DNA of 64,000 nucleotides, taken from positions 1,266,240-1,330,239 of the forward strand of contig CAVQXP010000004.1 of the NCBI GenBank assembly GCA_963717935.1, in the 5' to 3' direction. The stretch's first letter is position 1, and every line of letters begins with the position of its first letter. Shown piece after piece: positions 30,582 through 43,499 of this stretch. The position numbers and the translations under genes are program-made. Under the pieces are notes generated by a model, which worked only from the letters and a program-made list of their open reading frames with translations, searched no databases and had not been told where the DNA came from. Origin of the DNA: Candidatus Eiseniibacteriota bacterium. Its GTDB lineage: Bacteria > Eisenbacteria > RBG-16-71-46.

Positions 30582-32437
30582 GCCGCCGCCGCGCGAGCGC
30601 GGCCTGGGTGGGCCCGGCGCTGGCCCTGAGCCTGGTGGCGGCACTGGTCGCGATCGTCCTCTCGCTCTCGGGGGGGGGCTGCGACCTGCTCGATCCTTCG
30701 CGGCGCCTGGTGCGCGAGCGCATCCGCGAGCAACTCACCGCCCGCCAGGCCGCGCGGCGCTGGTTCCGGCGCTCGCGTGAGCGCGCGCTGGTGGGTAACT
30801 ACGACGTCGCGCCCCTGGTGGTGCGCTTCTACGAGCGCCGCGGGTTCAACGCCGCCTGGAGCACGGCGCGGGGGCCGCGCGACGAGGCGCTCCAGCTGGC
30901 CGATGCGCTGGAGGCCGCGCCGCGCGAGGGCCTCGAGCCCGGGGACGCCCAGGCCGATCAGGTGCGCGTGCGGCTCGAGGCGCTGGCCGTGGCCCGCGAG
31001 CCGATCGGTCGCAGGCTCGAGCCGCGCGCGCTGGCCGAGACGGACGTGCTGCTGACGCGCTCGTTCCTCAAGCACGCCGCGCATCTGCACTCGGGACTCA
31101 TCGACCCGGCGCGGCTGCCCTCGGACTGGCACCTGAACCCGCGGCGGGCGGATCTGGTGAAGGTGCTCGAGCAGGCGCTCGCCACGCACGACGTGGCCGC
31201 GGCGCTCGAGGGTCTCGAGCCGGCGCACCCGGGCTACGCGGCGCTGCGGGAGATGCTCGAACGCTACCGGGAGATCGCCCGCGCGGGCGGGTGGCGCGGG
31301 GTGCCGCCGGGACGGGCGCTGCGGCGCGGGAGCGCGGGCGAGCGCGTGCGGCTGCTGCGCGAGCGGCTGGCCGCCGAGGGCGACCTCGACCGCTCGCTCG
31401 CGGGGAGGGGTATCTTCGACGCCGCGCTGGTCGCGGCGGTCAGGCGTTTCCAGGCGCGCCACGGACTCGATACCACGGGGGTCGTGGGCGAGCACGAACT
31501 CAGGGAGCTCGGCGTGCCGGTGAAGGCGCGCATCCGGCAGATCGCGCTCAACCTGGAACGCTGGCGCTGGCTGCCCGCGACCCTGGGCGAGCGTCACCTG
31601 CTCGTGAACATCCCGGGCTTCACGCTCGAGGCGCGCGAGCAGGACCGCGCCGTGCTGGCCATGCGCGTCGTGGTGGGCAAGGAGCTGAGCCGCACGCCCA
31701 TGTTCAGCGACTCGATCACCTACCTCGTCTTCAACCCCATCTGGGAGCTGCCGGCCGAGATCGCGAAGAACGAGGTGCTGCCCTCCATCCAGAATGACCC
31801 GGAGTACCTGGCGAAGAACCATCTGCGCCTCTACCGGGGTCACGGCCGCGCGGCGCGCGAGGTGGACCCCGCGAAGGTGGACTGGAAGCAGGTCACGCCG
31901 GAGGAGTTCGGCTTCGCGGTCAAGCAGGATCCCGGGCCCGAGAACTCGATCGGCCACGTGAAGTTCATGTGCCCGAACCAGTTCGCGGTCTACCTGCACG
32001 ACACGCCGGCCGGGCACCTGTTCGGCGCGACCCGGCGCGACTACAGTCATGGCTGCGTGCGCGTCGAGCGCCCGCTCGAACTGGCGCTGTACCTGCTGCG
32101 CGGCAAGGCCGACTGGGACTCCGCGCGCATCGCGGCGGCCTTCGACACGCTGAGGAACAAGGTGGTCCAGCTGCCCGAGCCCGTGCCGGTCCACATCCTG
32201 TACTGGACGACCTGGGTGGATGACCGGGGGACGGCGCAGTTTCGGCGCGACGTCTACGCCGTGGACAGCCTGCTCACGGACGCGCTCAGTCGCGCCCGCA
32301 GGCTGCCCGCGCCCGCGCTCGAGTGGGCCCGTGTCCGCCCGGTCGATTCGACGAGCGCGGTGGTGCCGCCTCGCGCCGGAGCGGCGCCGGGCCCGGAGGC
32401 CGCGGGAGCGGCTCCCGGCGCGCCCACGCGCCGTTGA
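30578..32437 (+). CDS. YcbB/LdtD-like L,D-transpeptidase
   Basis: PG-binding domain, NLERWRWLP, VNIP, VYLHDTP...SHGCVRV. Confidence 0.92.
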   Translation: MSRRRASAAWVGPALALSLVAALVAIVLSLSGGGCDLLDPSRRLVRERIREQLTARQAARRWFRRSRERALVGNYDVAPLVVRFYERRGFNAAWSTARGPRDEALQLADALEAAPREGLEPGDAQADQVRVRLEALAVAREPIGRRLEPRALAETDVLLTRSFLKHAAHLHSGLIDPARLPSDWHLNPRRADLVKVLEQALATHDVAAALEGLEPAHPGYAALREMLERYREIARAGGWRGVPPGRALRRGSAGERVRLLRERLAAEGDLDRSLAGRGIFDAALVAAVRRFQARHGLDTTGVVGEHELRELGVPVKARIRQIALNLERWRWLPATLGERHLLVNIPGFTLEAREQDRAVLAMRVVVGKELSRTPMFSDSITYLVFNPIWELPAEIAKNEVLPSIQNDPEYLAKNHLRLYRGHGRAAREVDPAKVDWKQVTPEEFGFAVKQDPGPENSIGHVKFMCPNQFAVYLHDTPAGHLFGATRRDYSHGCVRVERPLELALYLLRGKADWDSARIAAAFDTLRNKVVQLPEPVPVHILYWTTWVDDRGTAQFRRDVYAVDSLLTDALSRARRLPAPALEWARVRPVDSTSAVVPPRAGAAPGPEAAGAAPGAPTRR

Positions 32438-32472
32438 CCACCCTGCGGCACCGGTGTAGCGTCCGGCGCCAT

Positions 32473-33474
32473 ATGCGCACGCCCTCTTTCGACCTCGCGG
32501 CCCTCGAGGCCCTCGTCGCGCGCTTTGCCGGGCGCCGGGTCGCGGTGCTGGGCGACTGCATGATGGACCGCTACCTGTGGGGCCGGGTCGAACGCATCTC
32601 GCCCGAGGCCCCCGTGCCGGTGGTCGAGGTCGAACGCGAGAGCAGCACGCTGGGCGGGGCGGGCAACGTGGCCGCCAACCTGCGCGCGCTCGGCGCGGAG
32701 CCCCTGCTGCTCGGCGTGGTGGGCGAGGACGATGACGGCCGGCGGTTGCGGGAGTCCTTCGCCGCGCGCGGGCTCGACCTCGGTGGCGTGGTGACGGATG
32801 CCGCGCGGCCCACCACGGTCAAGACCCGCATCGTCGCCCACGCCCAGCAGGTCGTGCGCGCCGACCGCGAGTCGCGCGCCGACCTCTCGGGCGCCGCGCT
32901 CGCGCGCCTGCTCGAGATCGTCGAGCGCGAGCTGCCCCGCTGCGAGGGCCTGGTGGTGAGCGACTACGGCAAGGGCGTGATCCACCCCGGCACCCTCGAG
33001 CCCGCCCTGGGCGCCGCGCGGCGCGCGGGCTGCGCGGTGAGCGTGGACCCCAAGGAGAGCCACGTCGATGCCTACCATGGCGTGAGCATCCTCACGCCCA
33101 ACCAGCACGAGGCCGGCTGGGTGCAGGGCAGGCGCATCACCGACGAGGCGAGCCTGATGGAGGTGGGCTGGGGGCTTCAGCAGCGGCTCGACGCCGCGGC
33201 CGTGCTGGTGACGCGGGGTGCCGGCGGCATGAGCCTGTTCGAGCGCGGCGGCCGCTACACCCATCTACCCACCGTGGCGCGCGAGGTCTACGACGTGACC
33301 GGCGCGGGCGACACCGTGGTGAGCGTGGTGGCGCTGGCGCTGGCGGCCGGGGCCGACTTCCCCGCGGCCTGCCTGCTCGCGAACCATGCCGCCGGCATCG
33401 TCATCCGCGAGGTCGGCACGGCGACGTGCACGCGCGAGCAACTGCTCGCCTCGCTCGCGGGCGCCAGGCCGTGA
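32473..33474 (+). CDS. rfaE1: D-glycero-beta-D-manno-heptose-7-phosphate kinase
   Basis: RISPEAPVPVV, GGAGNVA, SDYGKG, DVTGAGDTV. Confidence 0.92.
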   Translation: MRTPSFDLAALEALVARFAGRRVAVLGDCMMDRYLWGRVERISPEAPVPVVEVERESSTLGGAGNVAANLRALGAEPLLLGVVGEDDDGRRLRESFAARGLDLGGVVTDAARPTTVKTRIVAHAQQVVRADRESRADLSGAALARLLEIVERELPRCEGLVVSDYGKGVIHPGTLEPALGAARRAGCAVSVDPKESHVDAYHGVSILTPNQHEAGWVQGRRITDEASLMEVGWGLQQRLDAAAVLVTRGAGGMSLFERGGRYTHLPTVAREVYDVTGAGDTVVSVVALALAAGADFPAACLLANHAAGIVIREVGTATCTREQLLASLAGARP

Positions 33475-33971
33475 ACGCGGGCTCGCCCTCCGTCCCGCTG
33501 CCCGAAGAGGCGCGGCACGCCCTGGCCGCCTGGCGCGCGGCGGGGGAGAAGATCGTCTTCACGAACGGTGTCTTCGACCTGCTCCACCGCGGCCACGCCG
33601 AGTACCTGGCCCAGGCCCGCGCGCTGGGCGGGCGGCTCGTGGTCGGGGTCAATTCCGACGCCTCGGTGCGGCGCCTGAAGGGCCCCGAGCGCCCCATCGT
33701 GGCGGCCGCGGATCGCGCCGCGCTGCTCGAAGCGCTCGCCTGCGTGGACCTGGCCGTGATCTTCGAGGACGACACGCCCGCCCGGCTCATCGAGGCCGTG
33801 CGCCCCGACGTGCTGGTGAAGGGGGGCGACTGGGCGGTGGGACAGATCGTCGGCCGCGAGTTCGTCGAGTCGTGCGGTGGCCGCGTGCTCAGCATCCCGC
33901 TGCGCGAGGGCTGCGGCACCTCCGTTCTGGTCGAGCGCATCCGGGCCGGCCGGAGCGCGCTGGAGCCGTGA
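33471..33971 (+). CDS. rfaE2: D-glycero-beta-D-manno-heptose-1-phosphate adenylyltransferase
   Basis: FTNGVFDLLHRGH, NSDASVRRLKG, LVKGGD. Confidence 0.92.
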   Translation: MNAGSPSVPLPEEARHALAAWRAAGEKIVFTNGVFDLLHRGHAEYLAQARALGGRLVVGVNSDASVRRLKGPERPIVAAADRAALLEALACVDLAVIFEDDTPARLIEAVRPDVLVKGGDWAVGQIVGREFVESCGGRVLSIPLREGCGTSVLVERIRAGRSALEP

Positions 33972-34020
33972 GCGCCGCGGTCCGCGGCGACGCGCCGGCG
34001 GACCTGCCCTCCCCCGGAGC

Positions 34021-34776
34021 GTGCCCGTGACCCTGAAGCCCACCGCCGGGCCGCCTGCGAAACGCGCCGTCGTGATCGGCGCCTCGTCGGGCATCGGCCG
34101 GGCGCTCGCGCTGCGGCTCGCCCGCGAAGGCTACGCCGTCGGCCTCACCGCGCGACGCCTGCCCCTGTTGCTCGAGTTGCAGGCGGAGATCGGACAGCGC
34201 GCGTTCGTCCGGCAGATGGACGTCACGGACACCGCTCGCGCGATGGCGCTGCTGGAGGAGTTGATCGAGGAACTGGGGGGTGCCGACCTGATCGTGGTCA
34301 ACGCCGGGACGGGGCACATCAATCCCGGCCTCGCCTGGGAGCCCGAGGAGGAGACCATCGGCGTGAACGTGCGGGGCTTCACGGCGATGGCGAACGTCGC
34401 CTACCGCCATTTCCTTCGCCGCGGCGCCGGGCACCTGGTCAGCATCTCCTCGATCGCGGCCCTGCGCGGTGGCGGTGGCGCGCCGGCCTACAACGCGTCG
34501 AAGGCGTTCGTGTCCAACTACATGGACGGTCTGCGGCACAAGCTGGCCCGGCTCGGCTCGGCGGTCGCGGTCACCGACATCCAGCCGGGCTTCGTGCGCA
34601 CCGCGATGGCACAGGGGCCGCACGTCTTCTGGGCGGCCTCGCCCGAGAAAGCGGCGGAGCAGATCTGGCAGGCCATCCGCCGCCGCCGGAAGCGGGCGAT
34701 CATCACCCGGCGCTGGCGGCCGATCGCCTGGCTGATGAGGATGGTGCCTGACGGCGTGTACCATCGGATCGGATGA
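34021..34776 (+). CDS. SDR-family oxidoreductase
   Basis: GASSGIG, NAG, YNASK. Start uncertain. Confidence 0.88.
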   Translation: MPVTLKPTAGPPAKRAVVIGASSGIGRALALRLAREGYAVGLTARRLPLLLELQAEIGQRAFVRQMDVTDTARAMALLEELIEELGGADLIVVNAGTGHINPGLAWEPEEETIGVNVRGFTAMANVAYRHFLRRGAGHLVSISSIAALRGGGGAPAYNASKAFVSNYMDGLRHKLARLGSAVAVTDIQPGFVRTAMAQGPHVFWAASPEKAAEQIWQAIRRRRKRAIITRRWRPIAWLMRMVPDGVYHRIG

Positions 34777-35090
34777 GGGTGGGCAGCCCGGTGTCGAGCG
34801 CTCCGCTGCCGGGGATCCCTGCGTGAAGAACGGCCTGGTGACGGCCTGGCGCGTCCGGGAGTGGACGACGGTCATCGGGCCGGGGGCTGCGGTGACGTCG
34901 CCGGCCACGGGCCCGCAGGTCTCCGGTCGCCCGGTCCGACGGGTCGCCGTCCAGCGCTTCCCGCTTGCTTTGCACTCCCCACCCGGTTAGCGTATCCCGT
35001 CCTTTTCCCGGGTGCTCCCCACGGAGTGCTCCTCCTTCCCCGCTTCGGGTCCGCCGGAGCGGGGCCCTCGGCCGGCACGGGATTCAGGCC

Positions 35091-36575
<1,485 letters not shown>

Positions 36576-36641
36576 ACGGAGCGTCGAGCAGGTCGCGGAC
36601 AGCGGTCCGGGACCGTCAACACCGGGCACACGGGGGCCGAG

Positions 36642-37802
36642 ATGAATCTCCACGAATATCAGGCCAAGGAGTTGTTCGCGCGCTACGGGCTGCCGGTGCT
36701 GCCGGGGCAGGTGGCGGTCACGCCCGAGGAGGCCGGCGACATCGCGGCCGCGCTGGGTGGCACGGTGGTGATCAAGGCGCAGGTGCTGGTGGGCGGGCGC
36801 GGCAAGGCGGGCGGCGTGAAGCTGGCGCACACGCCCGAGGAGGCGACCGAGAAGGCCCGCGACATCCTGGCGCTCACCATCAAGGGCCTGCCGGTGCGCA
36901 AGGTCCTGGTGACCCGGGCCGCCGACATCGCGCGCGAGCTGTACCTCTCGATCCTGCTCGACCGCAGCCGCAAGCTGCCGCTGGTCATGCTCTCGGCCGA
37001 GGGCGGCGTGGACATCGAGGAGGTCGCGCGCACGGCGCCCGAGAAGATCATCAAGTGGCCGATCCCGCTCGAGGGTCCGCGGCCCTACCAGGCGCGCGCC
37101 CTGTTCAAGCCGCTGCTCGGGGACGGCAAGCAGGTCCAGCAGGCGGCGGACATCCTGATGAAGCTGTGGCGGGTCTGGTCCGAGGGCGATTGCCAGCTGG
37201 CCGAGATCAACCCGCTCGCGGTCACGCCCGAGGGCAGGGTCCTGGCGCTCGACGCCAAGGTGTCGCTCGACGACAACGCCGACATCCGCCACCGCGACTG
37301 GGAGAACTGGCGCGACCCGGCCGACGAGACGCCGGGGCAGCGGCTGGCGCGCGAGAAGGGGCTCTCGTACGTCAAGCTCGACGGCGACATCGGCTGCGTC
37401 GTGAACGGCGCGGGGCTGGCCATGGCGACGATGGACCTGATCAAGCACTACGGCGGCGAGCCGGCCAACTTCCTCGACATCGGCGGCTCCTCGAGCCCCG
37501 AGAAGGTGACCGCGGCGCTGCGGATCATCACCGGCGAGCCGCCCGGCGGCGCGGCGGCGGCGGCGTGCGGGCCGATCCTCTTCAACATCTTCGGTGGCAT
37601 CACCCGCTGCGACGACGTGGCGAACGGCATCGTGCGCTCGCTCGAGGAGTCGCCGCTCGCCGTGCCGCTCGTGATCCGGCTCACCGGCACGAACGAGGAG
37701 GCGGCGCGCAGGATCCTGGCGGACCACGGTCTGTCGGCCACCACCAGCATGGACGAGGGCGTGCGCACCGTGATCGCCCGGGCGCAGGAGGTGACGGCGT
37801 GA
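36642..37802 (+). CDS. sucC: Succinyl-CoA synthetase beta subunit
   Basis: [37 protein letters not shown]. Confidence 0.95.
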   Translation: MNLHEYQAKELFARYGLPVLPGQVAVTPEEAGDIAAALGGTVVIKAQVLVGGRGKAGGVKLAHTPEEATEKARDILALTIKGLPVRKVLVTRAADIARELYLSILLDRSRKLPLVMLSAEGGVDIEEVARTAPEKIIKWPIPLEGPRPYQARALFKPLLGDGKQVQQAADILMKLWRVWSEGDCQLAEINPLAVTPEGRVLALDAKVSLDDNADIRHRDWENWRDPADETPGQRLAREKGLSYVKLDGDIGCVVNGAGLAMATMDLIKHYGGEPANFLDIGGSSSPEKVTAALRIITGEPPGGAAAAACGPILFNIFGGITRCDDVANGIVRSLEESPLAVPLVIRLTGTNEEAARRILADHGLSATTSMDEGVRTVIARAQEVTA

Positions 37803-38912
37803 GCATCCTGATCGACAAGAGCACCCGTCTGGTCGTGCAGGGCATCACCGGGCGCGACGGCGCGTTCCACACCCGGCAGATGCTGGACTACGGGACCAAG
37901 GTGGTGGCGGGCAGCGACCCCGGGCAAGGGGGGCGAGGTGCGTGCACGGCGTGCCGGTCTTCGACAGCGTGGCCGAGGCGGTCGCCGCCACGAAGGCCAA
38001 CGCCTCGGTGATCTACGTGCCCTCGGCCTTCGCGGCGGACGCCATCCACGAGGCCGCCGACGCCGGGCATCGGGCTCATCGTCTGCATCACCGAGGGCCT
38101 GCCGGTGCGCGACGCGCTGGAGGCCTGGCACCACGTGGCGCAGATGCGCGAGCGGGGTACCCAGCCGAAGGCCGGGTCGGGGAACGGCAGGCCCCGCCTG
38201 CTGGGGCCCAACTGCCCCGGGCTGATCAGCCCCGGGCAGTGCAAGGTCGGCATCCTGCCCGGCCGCATCACGAAGCCGGGGCCGGTCGGCGTGGTCTCGC
38301 GCAGCGGGACGCTGACCTACGAGGTCGTCCAGCAGCTCACCCACGCCGGGCTCGGCCAGACCACCTGCCTCGGGATCGGCGGTGACCCGGTCATCGGCAC
38401 CAACTTCATCGACGCCCTGACCCTGTTCGAGGCCGACCCGAAGACCGAGGCCATCGTTCTGATCGGCGAGATCGGCGGCACCGACGAGGAGGAGGCGGCC
38501 CTGTTCATCAAGCGCCGCGTGAAGAAGCCGGTGGTGGCCTTCATCGCCGGGCCAGACCGCGCCCCCGGGCAAGCGCATGGGGCACGCCGGCGCGATCATC
38601 GCGGGCGGCACGGGCACGGCGGCCGAGAAGATGGCGGCCTTCGAGGCGGTGGGCGTGCCGGTGGCGCGGATCCCCTCGGAGATCCCCGGCCTGATCGCCG
38701 GGGCTCTGGGGCGCAGGCGCTCGCACGGGACCCGCGTGACGCCGGGCCGGGCGAAGAAGAAGGCGGCGGGCCCGGCAAAGAGACGGCGCGCAAGGCGCGG
38801 CCCGCGGGCGGGCACGGCAAGGCCGCAGCACGTCCCGCGCGCAAGCCCGGCAAGTCCGCGCCGAAGGAAGCCGGCCAGCCGCAGGGTGCCGCGGAGCCGT
38901 CGGCCGCGCTGA
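37799..38912 (+). CDS. sucD: Succinyl-CoA synthetase alpha subunit (several indels, probably assembly errors)
   Basis: [43 protein letters not shown] spread over different frames. End approximate. Confidence 0.9.
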
Positions 38913-38970
38913 ATCACCGACCACGATCCCGGGCGCCGCACGAAGGCCCGGGTCTACCGAGGAGCAACCA

Positions 38971-39394
38971 TTGGCGCTCGAACGCACCCTCTTCATCGTC
39001 AAGCCGGACGCGGTCCGGCGGAACCTCATCGGCCGGATCCTCGCGCACGTCGAGGCGCAGGACTTCCGCGTCGTCGAGGCCCGGCTGGCCCGGCTCACGC
39101 GCGAGGAGGCCCAGACCTTCTACGCCGAGCACGTGGGCAAGCCGTTCTTCGACGACCTGGTGGATTACATGACCTCCGGTCCGGTGTTGCTGGTCTGCCT
39201 GGAGCGGGAAGGGCGCCGTGGCCGAACTGCGCCAGGTCGTGGGTGCGACCGACCCGGCCCAGGCCGCCCCCGGCACGGTCCGGAAGCTCTACGGGGAGAG
39301 CAAGCAGCTCAACTCGGTCCACGCCTCGGACAGCCCGGCCAGCTCCGAGCGCGAGGTGAGGTTCTTCTTCGGCACGGCGGCCCTCGTCCGGTGA
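38971..39394 (+). CDS. ndk: Nucleoside diphosphate kinase (one indel near 39210)
   Basis: [18 protein letters not shown]; other frame [14 protein letters not shown]...NSVHASD. Confidence 0.9.
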
Positions 39395-39560
39395 CGGGCT
39401 GGCCGTTGGACCCGGCCGGGTGCCCCGGTGCCCGGTCGGGTGCTCCGCAAACGACCGGCTGGCAGCATCCTGTCCGGGTTCGAAAGCCGGGTGGACGCGG
39501 CTCTCGGGCCTGTGCTAACTTCCCGGTGCTTCGCAGCCCGCTCAGGCGGGTTTATCTTGT

Positions 39561-40034
39561 ATGTCCAGATTTGCCATAGATCTCGGCTCGTTGCGCCAGG
39601 GCAGAACCCCTGTCGAGCTCGAGGCCGCGGCCCAGGATCTTGACTTGCCGCCCGACGGTTGGGTGGGTCCGGTCCGGGGCGTATTCGATGTCGAAAAGAC
39701 GGGTGAGAAGGTGACGGTCCGCGGCTCGGTGGCCGCGACTGCACGACTCGAGTGTGTGCGCTGCCTGACGGAGTTCGACCTGCCGGTCGAGGCGCCGCTG
39801 GAGGTGTTCGCCGAGCGTGCCGGCAGCGGCCGGCAGCGCGACGAAGAGGCGCTCGAGCGCGACGACTACATGAAGTTCCACGACGGGCGGCTGCTCGATC
39901 TGCGCGCCGACGCGCGTGAGTTGCTGCTGCTGGAGCTCCCGATGGGCCCTCATTGCCGAGAGGACTGCCGGGGGCTGTGTCCGAGGTGCGGCGCGGACTT
40001 GAACGCGGGGCCCTGCGGGTGCCCGCGCGCGTGA
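39561..40034 (+). CDS. YceD/DUF177 family protein
   Basis: ECVRCL, CREDCRGLCPRCGADLN; position upstream of rpmF. Confidence 0.9.
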   Translation: MSRFAIDLGSLRQGRTPVELEAAAQDLDLPPDGWVGPVRGVFDVEKTGEKVTVRGSVAATARLECVRCLTEFDLPVEAPLEVFAERAGSGRQRDEEALERDDYMKFHDGRLLDLRADARELLLLELPMGPHCREDCRGLCPRCGADLNAGPCGCPRA

Positions 40035-40073
40035 GCCGGCCCCGGGCGGTTTGAGCGAGGAGGAAGGACAGCC

Positions 40074-40256
40074 ATGGCGGTACCCAAGCGGAGACATTCC
40101 AGCACTCGCGGCAAGAAGCGCCGCACGCACTGGAAGCTCAAGCAGCCGGGGCTCAACACCTGCGGCCACTGCAGTTCTCCCAAGCAGCCGCACCGGATCT
40201 GTCCGAACTGCGGCTACTACGACGGCGAAGAGATCGTCCCGCCGCGCGAGGACTAG
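40074..40256 (+). CDS. rpmF: 50S ribosomal protein L32
   Basis: MAVPKRRHS...CGHC...[10 protein letters not shown]. Confidence 0.97.
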   Translation: MAVPKRRHSSTRGKKRRTHWKLKQPGLNTCGHCSSPKQPHRICPNCGYYDGEEIVPPRED

Positions 40257-40274
40257 GGGCCTTCCGGGACCCGC

Positions 40275-41309
40275 ATGATGGCGGACTCGGTTCCCCACAT
40301 CGGTATCGACGCCATGGGCGGTGACCACGGTTCCCAGGCCGTGGTGAATGGCGTCGTGCTCGCCCAGCACGAGATGCCGGGCCGCTTCCGCGTCACCCTG
40401 GTGGGTGACGAGCCCGAGATCCGTGCCGCGCTCCGCCATGCCCGGGCGGAGTCGAGCCTGCCCCTCGAGGTGGTGCACGCGGCCGAGCGCATCGAGATGT
40501 CCGAGAAGGCCGCGAACGCGGCCCGGCGCAAGAGCGGCTCCTCGCTCGGCGTGCTGGCCCAACTGCACAAGGACGGCAAGGTGGACGCGTTCTTCAGCGC
40601 CGGGAACACGGGTGCGATGGTGGCCACCTCGCTGCTCGGCCTGGGCCGGCTCGAGTCGGTCTCGCGCCCGGCTCTGGCGGCGGTCATGCCCAGCCCGGCC
40701 GGAGGCACGGTGCTGCTCGACGTGGGGGCCAACTCGGACTGCAAGCCCTCGTGGCTCGTCCAGTTCGCCCACATGGGCGCGGTCTACGCGCGCTACCTCA
40801 TGGGCCGCGAGGAGCCACGGGTCGGGCTGCTCTCGATCGGCGAGGAGGACACCAAGGGCAATTCCCTGGTCCTGGAGACGCTGCCGCTGTTGCGGCGCGC
40901 CCGGCACCTGAATTTCGTCGGCAACGTCGAGGGTCGCGACATCCTCAAGGGCACCTGCGACGTCATCGTGACGGACGGTTTCACCGGCAACGTGGTGCTG
41001 AAGACCGCCGAGGGCGTGGCGACCATGCTGGGGCACAAGGTGAAGCAGGAGCTCAAGCACGATCTGCTCGCCCGCCTCGGGGCCCTGTTCCTGCTGCCCG
41101 CGCTCCGGCGTGTCAAGGCCGAGGTGGACTGGGAGGAGTACGGCGCCGCGCCCCTGCTCGGGGTGAACGGGGTCTGCTTCGTGGGGCACGGCTCGAGCGG
41201 ACCGAGGGCCGTCTGCAGCGCGATCCGCACCCTGAGCCGCTTCGTGGAGCTGCGAGTGAACGAACGCATCCGTGAGGAAATCGAGGCGGACCATGACCCG
41301 GCGGCCTGA
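40275..41309 (+). CDS. plsX: Phosphate acyltransferase PlsX
   Basis: IDAMGGDHG, SAGNTGA, DVGAN, DGFTGNVVLK. Confidence 0.96.
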   Translation: MMADSVPHIGIDAMGGDHGSQAVVNGVVLAQHEMPGRFRVTLVGDEPEIRAALRHARAESSLPLEVVHAAERIEMSEKAANAARRKSGSSLGVLAQLHKDGKVDAFFSAGNTGAMVATSLLGLGRLESVSRPALAAVMPSPAGGTVLLDVGANSDCKPSWLVQFAHMGAVYARYLMGREEPRVGLLSIGEEDTKGNSLVLETLPLLRRARHLNFVGNVEGRDILKGTCDVIVTDGFTGNVVLKTAEGVATMLGHKVKQELKHDLLARLGALFLLPALRRVKAEVDWEEYGAAPLLGVNGVCFVGHGSSGPRAVCSAIRTLSRFVELRVNERIREEIEADHDPAA

Positions 41310-41357
41310 CGCGGTGTGTGGCGCGGCACCAGTGACCGTGGCCAGCGGGATGGCCTC

Positions 41358-42317
41358 ATGAGGCTGGCGTTCCTCTTCCCGGGCCAGGGGGCCCAGGCGG
41401 TCGGCATGGGCAAGGCCCTGGCCGAGGCCTTCCCCGTGGCCCGCGAGGTCTTCGCCGAGGCCGACGAGGCGCTGGGCTTCCGGCTTTCCGAGATCTGCTG
41501 GGAGGGCCCGGCCGAGCGGCTCCGGGAGACGCGCTACACCCAGCCGGCGCTGCTCACGCACAGCGTGGCGGCCTGGCGCCTGGCGGAGCAGGCGGGCCTG
41601 CGGCCCGACTGGACCGCGGGGCACAGCTTGGGCGAGTACTCGGCCTGCGTGGCCGCGGGGGCGACTCGAGTTCCGCGATGCCGTGCGGCTCGTGCACCTG
41701 CGCGGCACGCTGATGTTCGAGGCCGGGCGAGCAGCGGCCGGGCACCATGGCCGCGATGCTGGGCGTGGACCGCGAGGGGGCGGAGCGCATCTGCAGAGCG
41801 GCGGCTCAGAAGGGGATCGTGGTGCCGGCGAACCTCAATGCCCCGGGACAGGTCGTGATCTCGGGGGAGCGGCCTGCGGTCGAGGAGGCCGCGCGGATCG
41901 GCGCCGAGCATCGGCGCGAAGCGCGTCGTGATGCTCGAGGTGAGCGGCGCGTTCCACTCGCCGCTGATGGAGTCGGCGGCCCGTGGGTTGGCCGAGGCGC
42001 TCGACAGGACGACGTTCCGCGAGCCCCGCTGCCCGGTGATCGCCAACGTCTCGGCCGCCCCGCTGTCGCGGGCGGACGAGATCCGCGATGCCCTGAAGCG
42101 CCAGGTGCTGGGGACGGTGCGCTGGGAGGAGTCCATGCGCGCCCTGCTCGGACTGGGCGCCGAGGGCTTCGTGGAGATCGGCACGGGCCGTGTGCTGCGC
42201 GGCCTGCTGCGGAGCATCGAGAAGGCCGCCACATCCTGGAACATCGAGGACCCCGCGACGCTCGAAGCCGACGTGGGCGAGTTGGGCGTGCAGCGCGTGG
42301 TCCCGGAGGGCACCTGA
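41358..42317 (+). CDS. fabD: Malonyl-CoA:ACP transacylase (indels)
   Basis: FPGQGAQ, TQPAL, GHSLGEY, VSGAFHS across frames. Confidence 0.92.
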
Positions 42318-43101
42318 TGGAACAGAGCGTGGATCGGACCGTGTCCGGTGTGGGCCGGGAACTGACGGGCCAGGTCGCCTTCGTCACGGGCGGGGCGGCG
42401 GGGATCGGGCTGGCGATCGCGAGGAAGCTGGGGACGCGCGGTGCGCGCCTGACGCTCTTCGACCGCGACTCGGCCGCCGTGGCGACGGCCGCCGAGGAGT
42501 TGCGCTCGCAAGGGGTCGAGGCGCGCGCGCAGGCGGTGGACGTGGCTGACGCTGCCTCGGTGGAGGCCTCGTTCCAGGAGGCGGTCGAGGCCTGCGGGCG
42601 CGTGGACATCCTGGTGAACAACGCCGGGATCACGCGCGACGGGCTGCTCATCCGGATGACGCGACGAGCAGTGGGACCAGGTGCTTGGCGGTGAACCTCA
42701 AGGGTGCCTTCAACGGGTGCCGCGCGGTCGCGCGGCCCATGATGAAGGCGCGCTGTGGCCGCATCGTGAACATCTCGTCCGTGGTGGGACTGATGGGCAA
42801 CAGCGGACAGACCAACTACTCGGCTTCCAAGGCCGGGCTGCTGGGCCTGACCCGCTCGCTGGCCCGCGAGTTGGCGTCGCGGGGCATCACGGTGAACGCC
42901 GTCTGTCCGGGGTTCATCGAGACGCGCATGACCGCGAACCTGCCCGAGACGGCGCGCACGGAGTTGATGGCCCGCATCCCGCTCGGGCGGCTGGGCCAGC
43001 CGGAGGACGTGGCGGAGGTCGTGGCGTTCCTGGCCTCGCCCCGCGCCGGCTACGTGACCGGTCAGACCTGGACGGTGGATGGCGGGATGGTGATGGAGTA
43101 G
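42317..43101 (+). CDS. fabG: 3-oxoacyl-ACP reductase (indel near 42660-42690)
   Basis: [29 protein letters not shown]. Confidence 0.92.
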
Positions 43102-43164
43102 CCGCCGGGCGCGGACGCGCCCGGGCGGCCAGGTGACGGACAACCCAATCAGGAGGTGTGGACC

Positions 43165-43407
43165 GTGGCAGCATTTTCGGAAGACCGCGTGAAGGAGATC
43201 ATCGCCAAGGAGCTGGAAGTCGGAGTGCAGCAGCTGACCCCCGAGGCGAAGTTCATCGAGGACCTGGGCGCCGACTCGCTCGACATCGTCGAGCTGGTGA
43301 TGGCGCTGGAGGAGGAGTTCGGACTCGAGATCCCGGACGAGGACGCCGAGAAGATGAAGACCGTCGGCGACGCGATGAACTACCTGAAGTCCCACGCGAC
43401 CACGTAA
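43165..43407 (+). CDS. acpP: Acyl carrier protein
   Basis: [20 protein letters not shown]. Confidence 0.96.
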   Translation: MAAFSEDRVKEIIAKELEVGVQQLTPEAKFIEDLGADSLDIVELVMALEEEFGLEIPDEDAEKMKTVGDAMNYLKSHATT

Positions 43408-43499
43408 CGGATGTTGGACAGCCGGGCGCTGGCAGGCGCGGCCACACCCCCCGGGGGGAGGCGCGGGCCGGTGTGCCGGGAACGGGAGAAGGACGCGAC

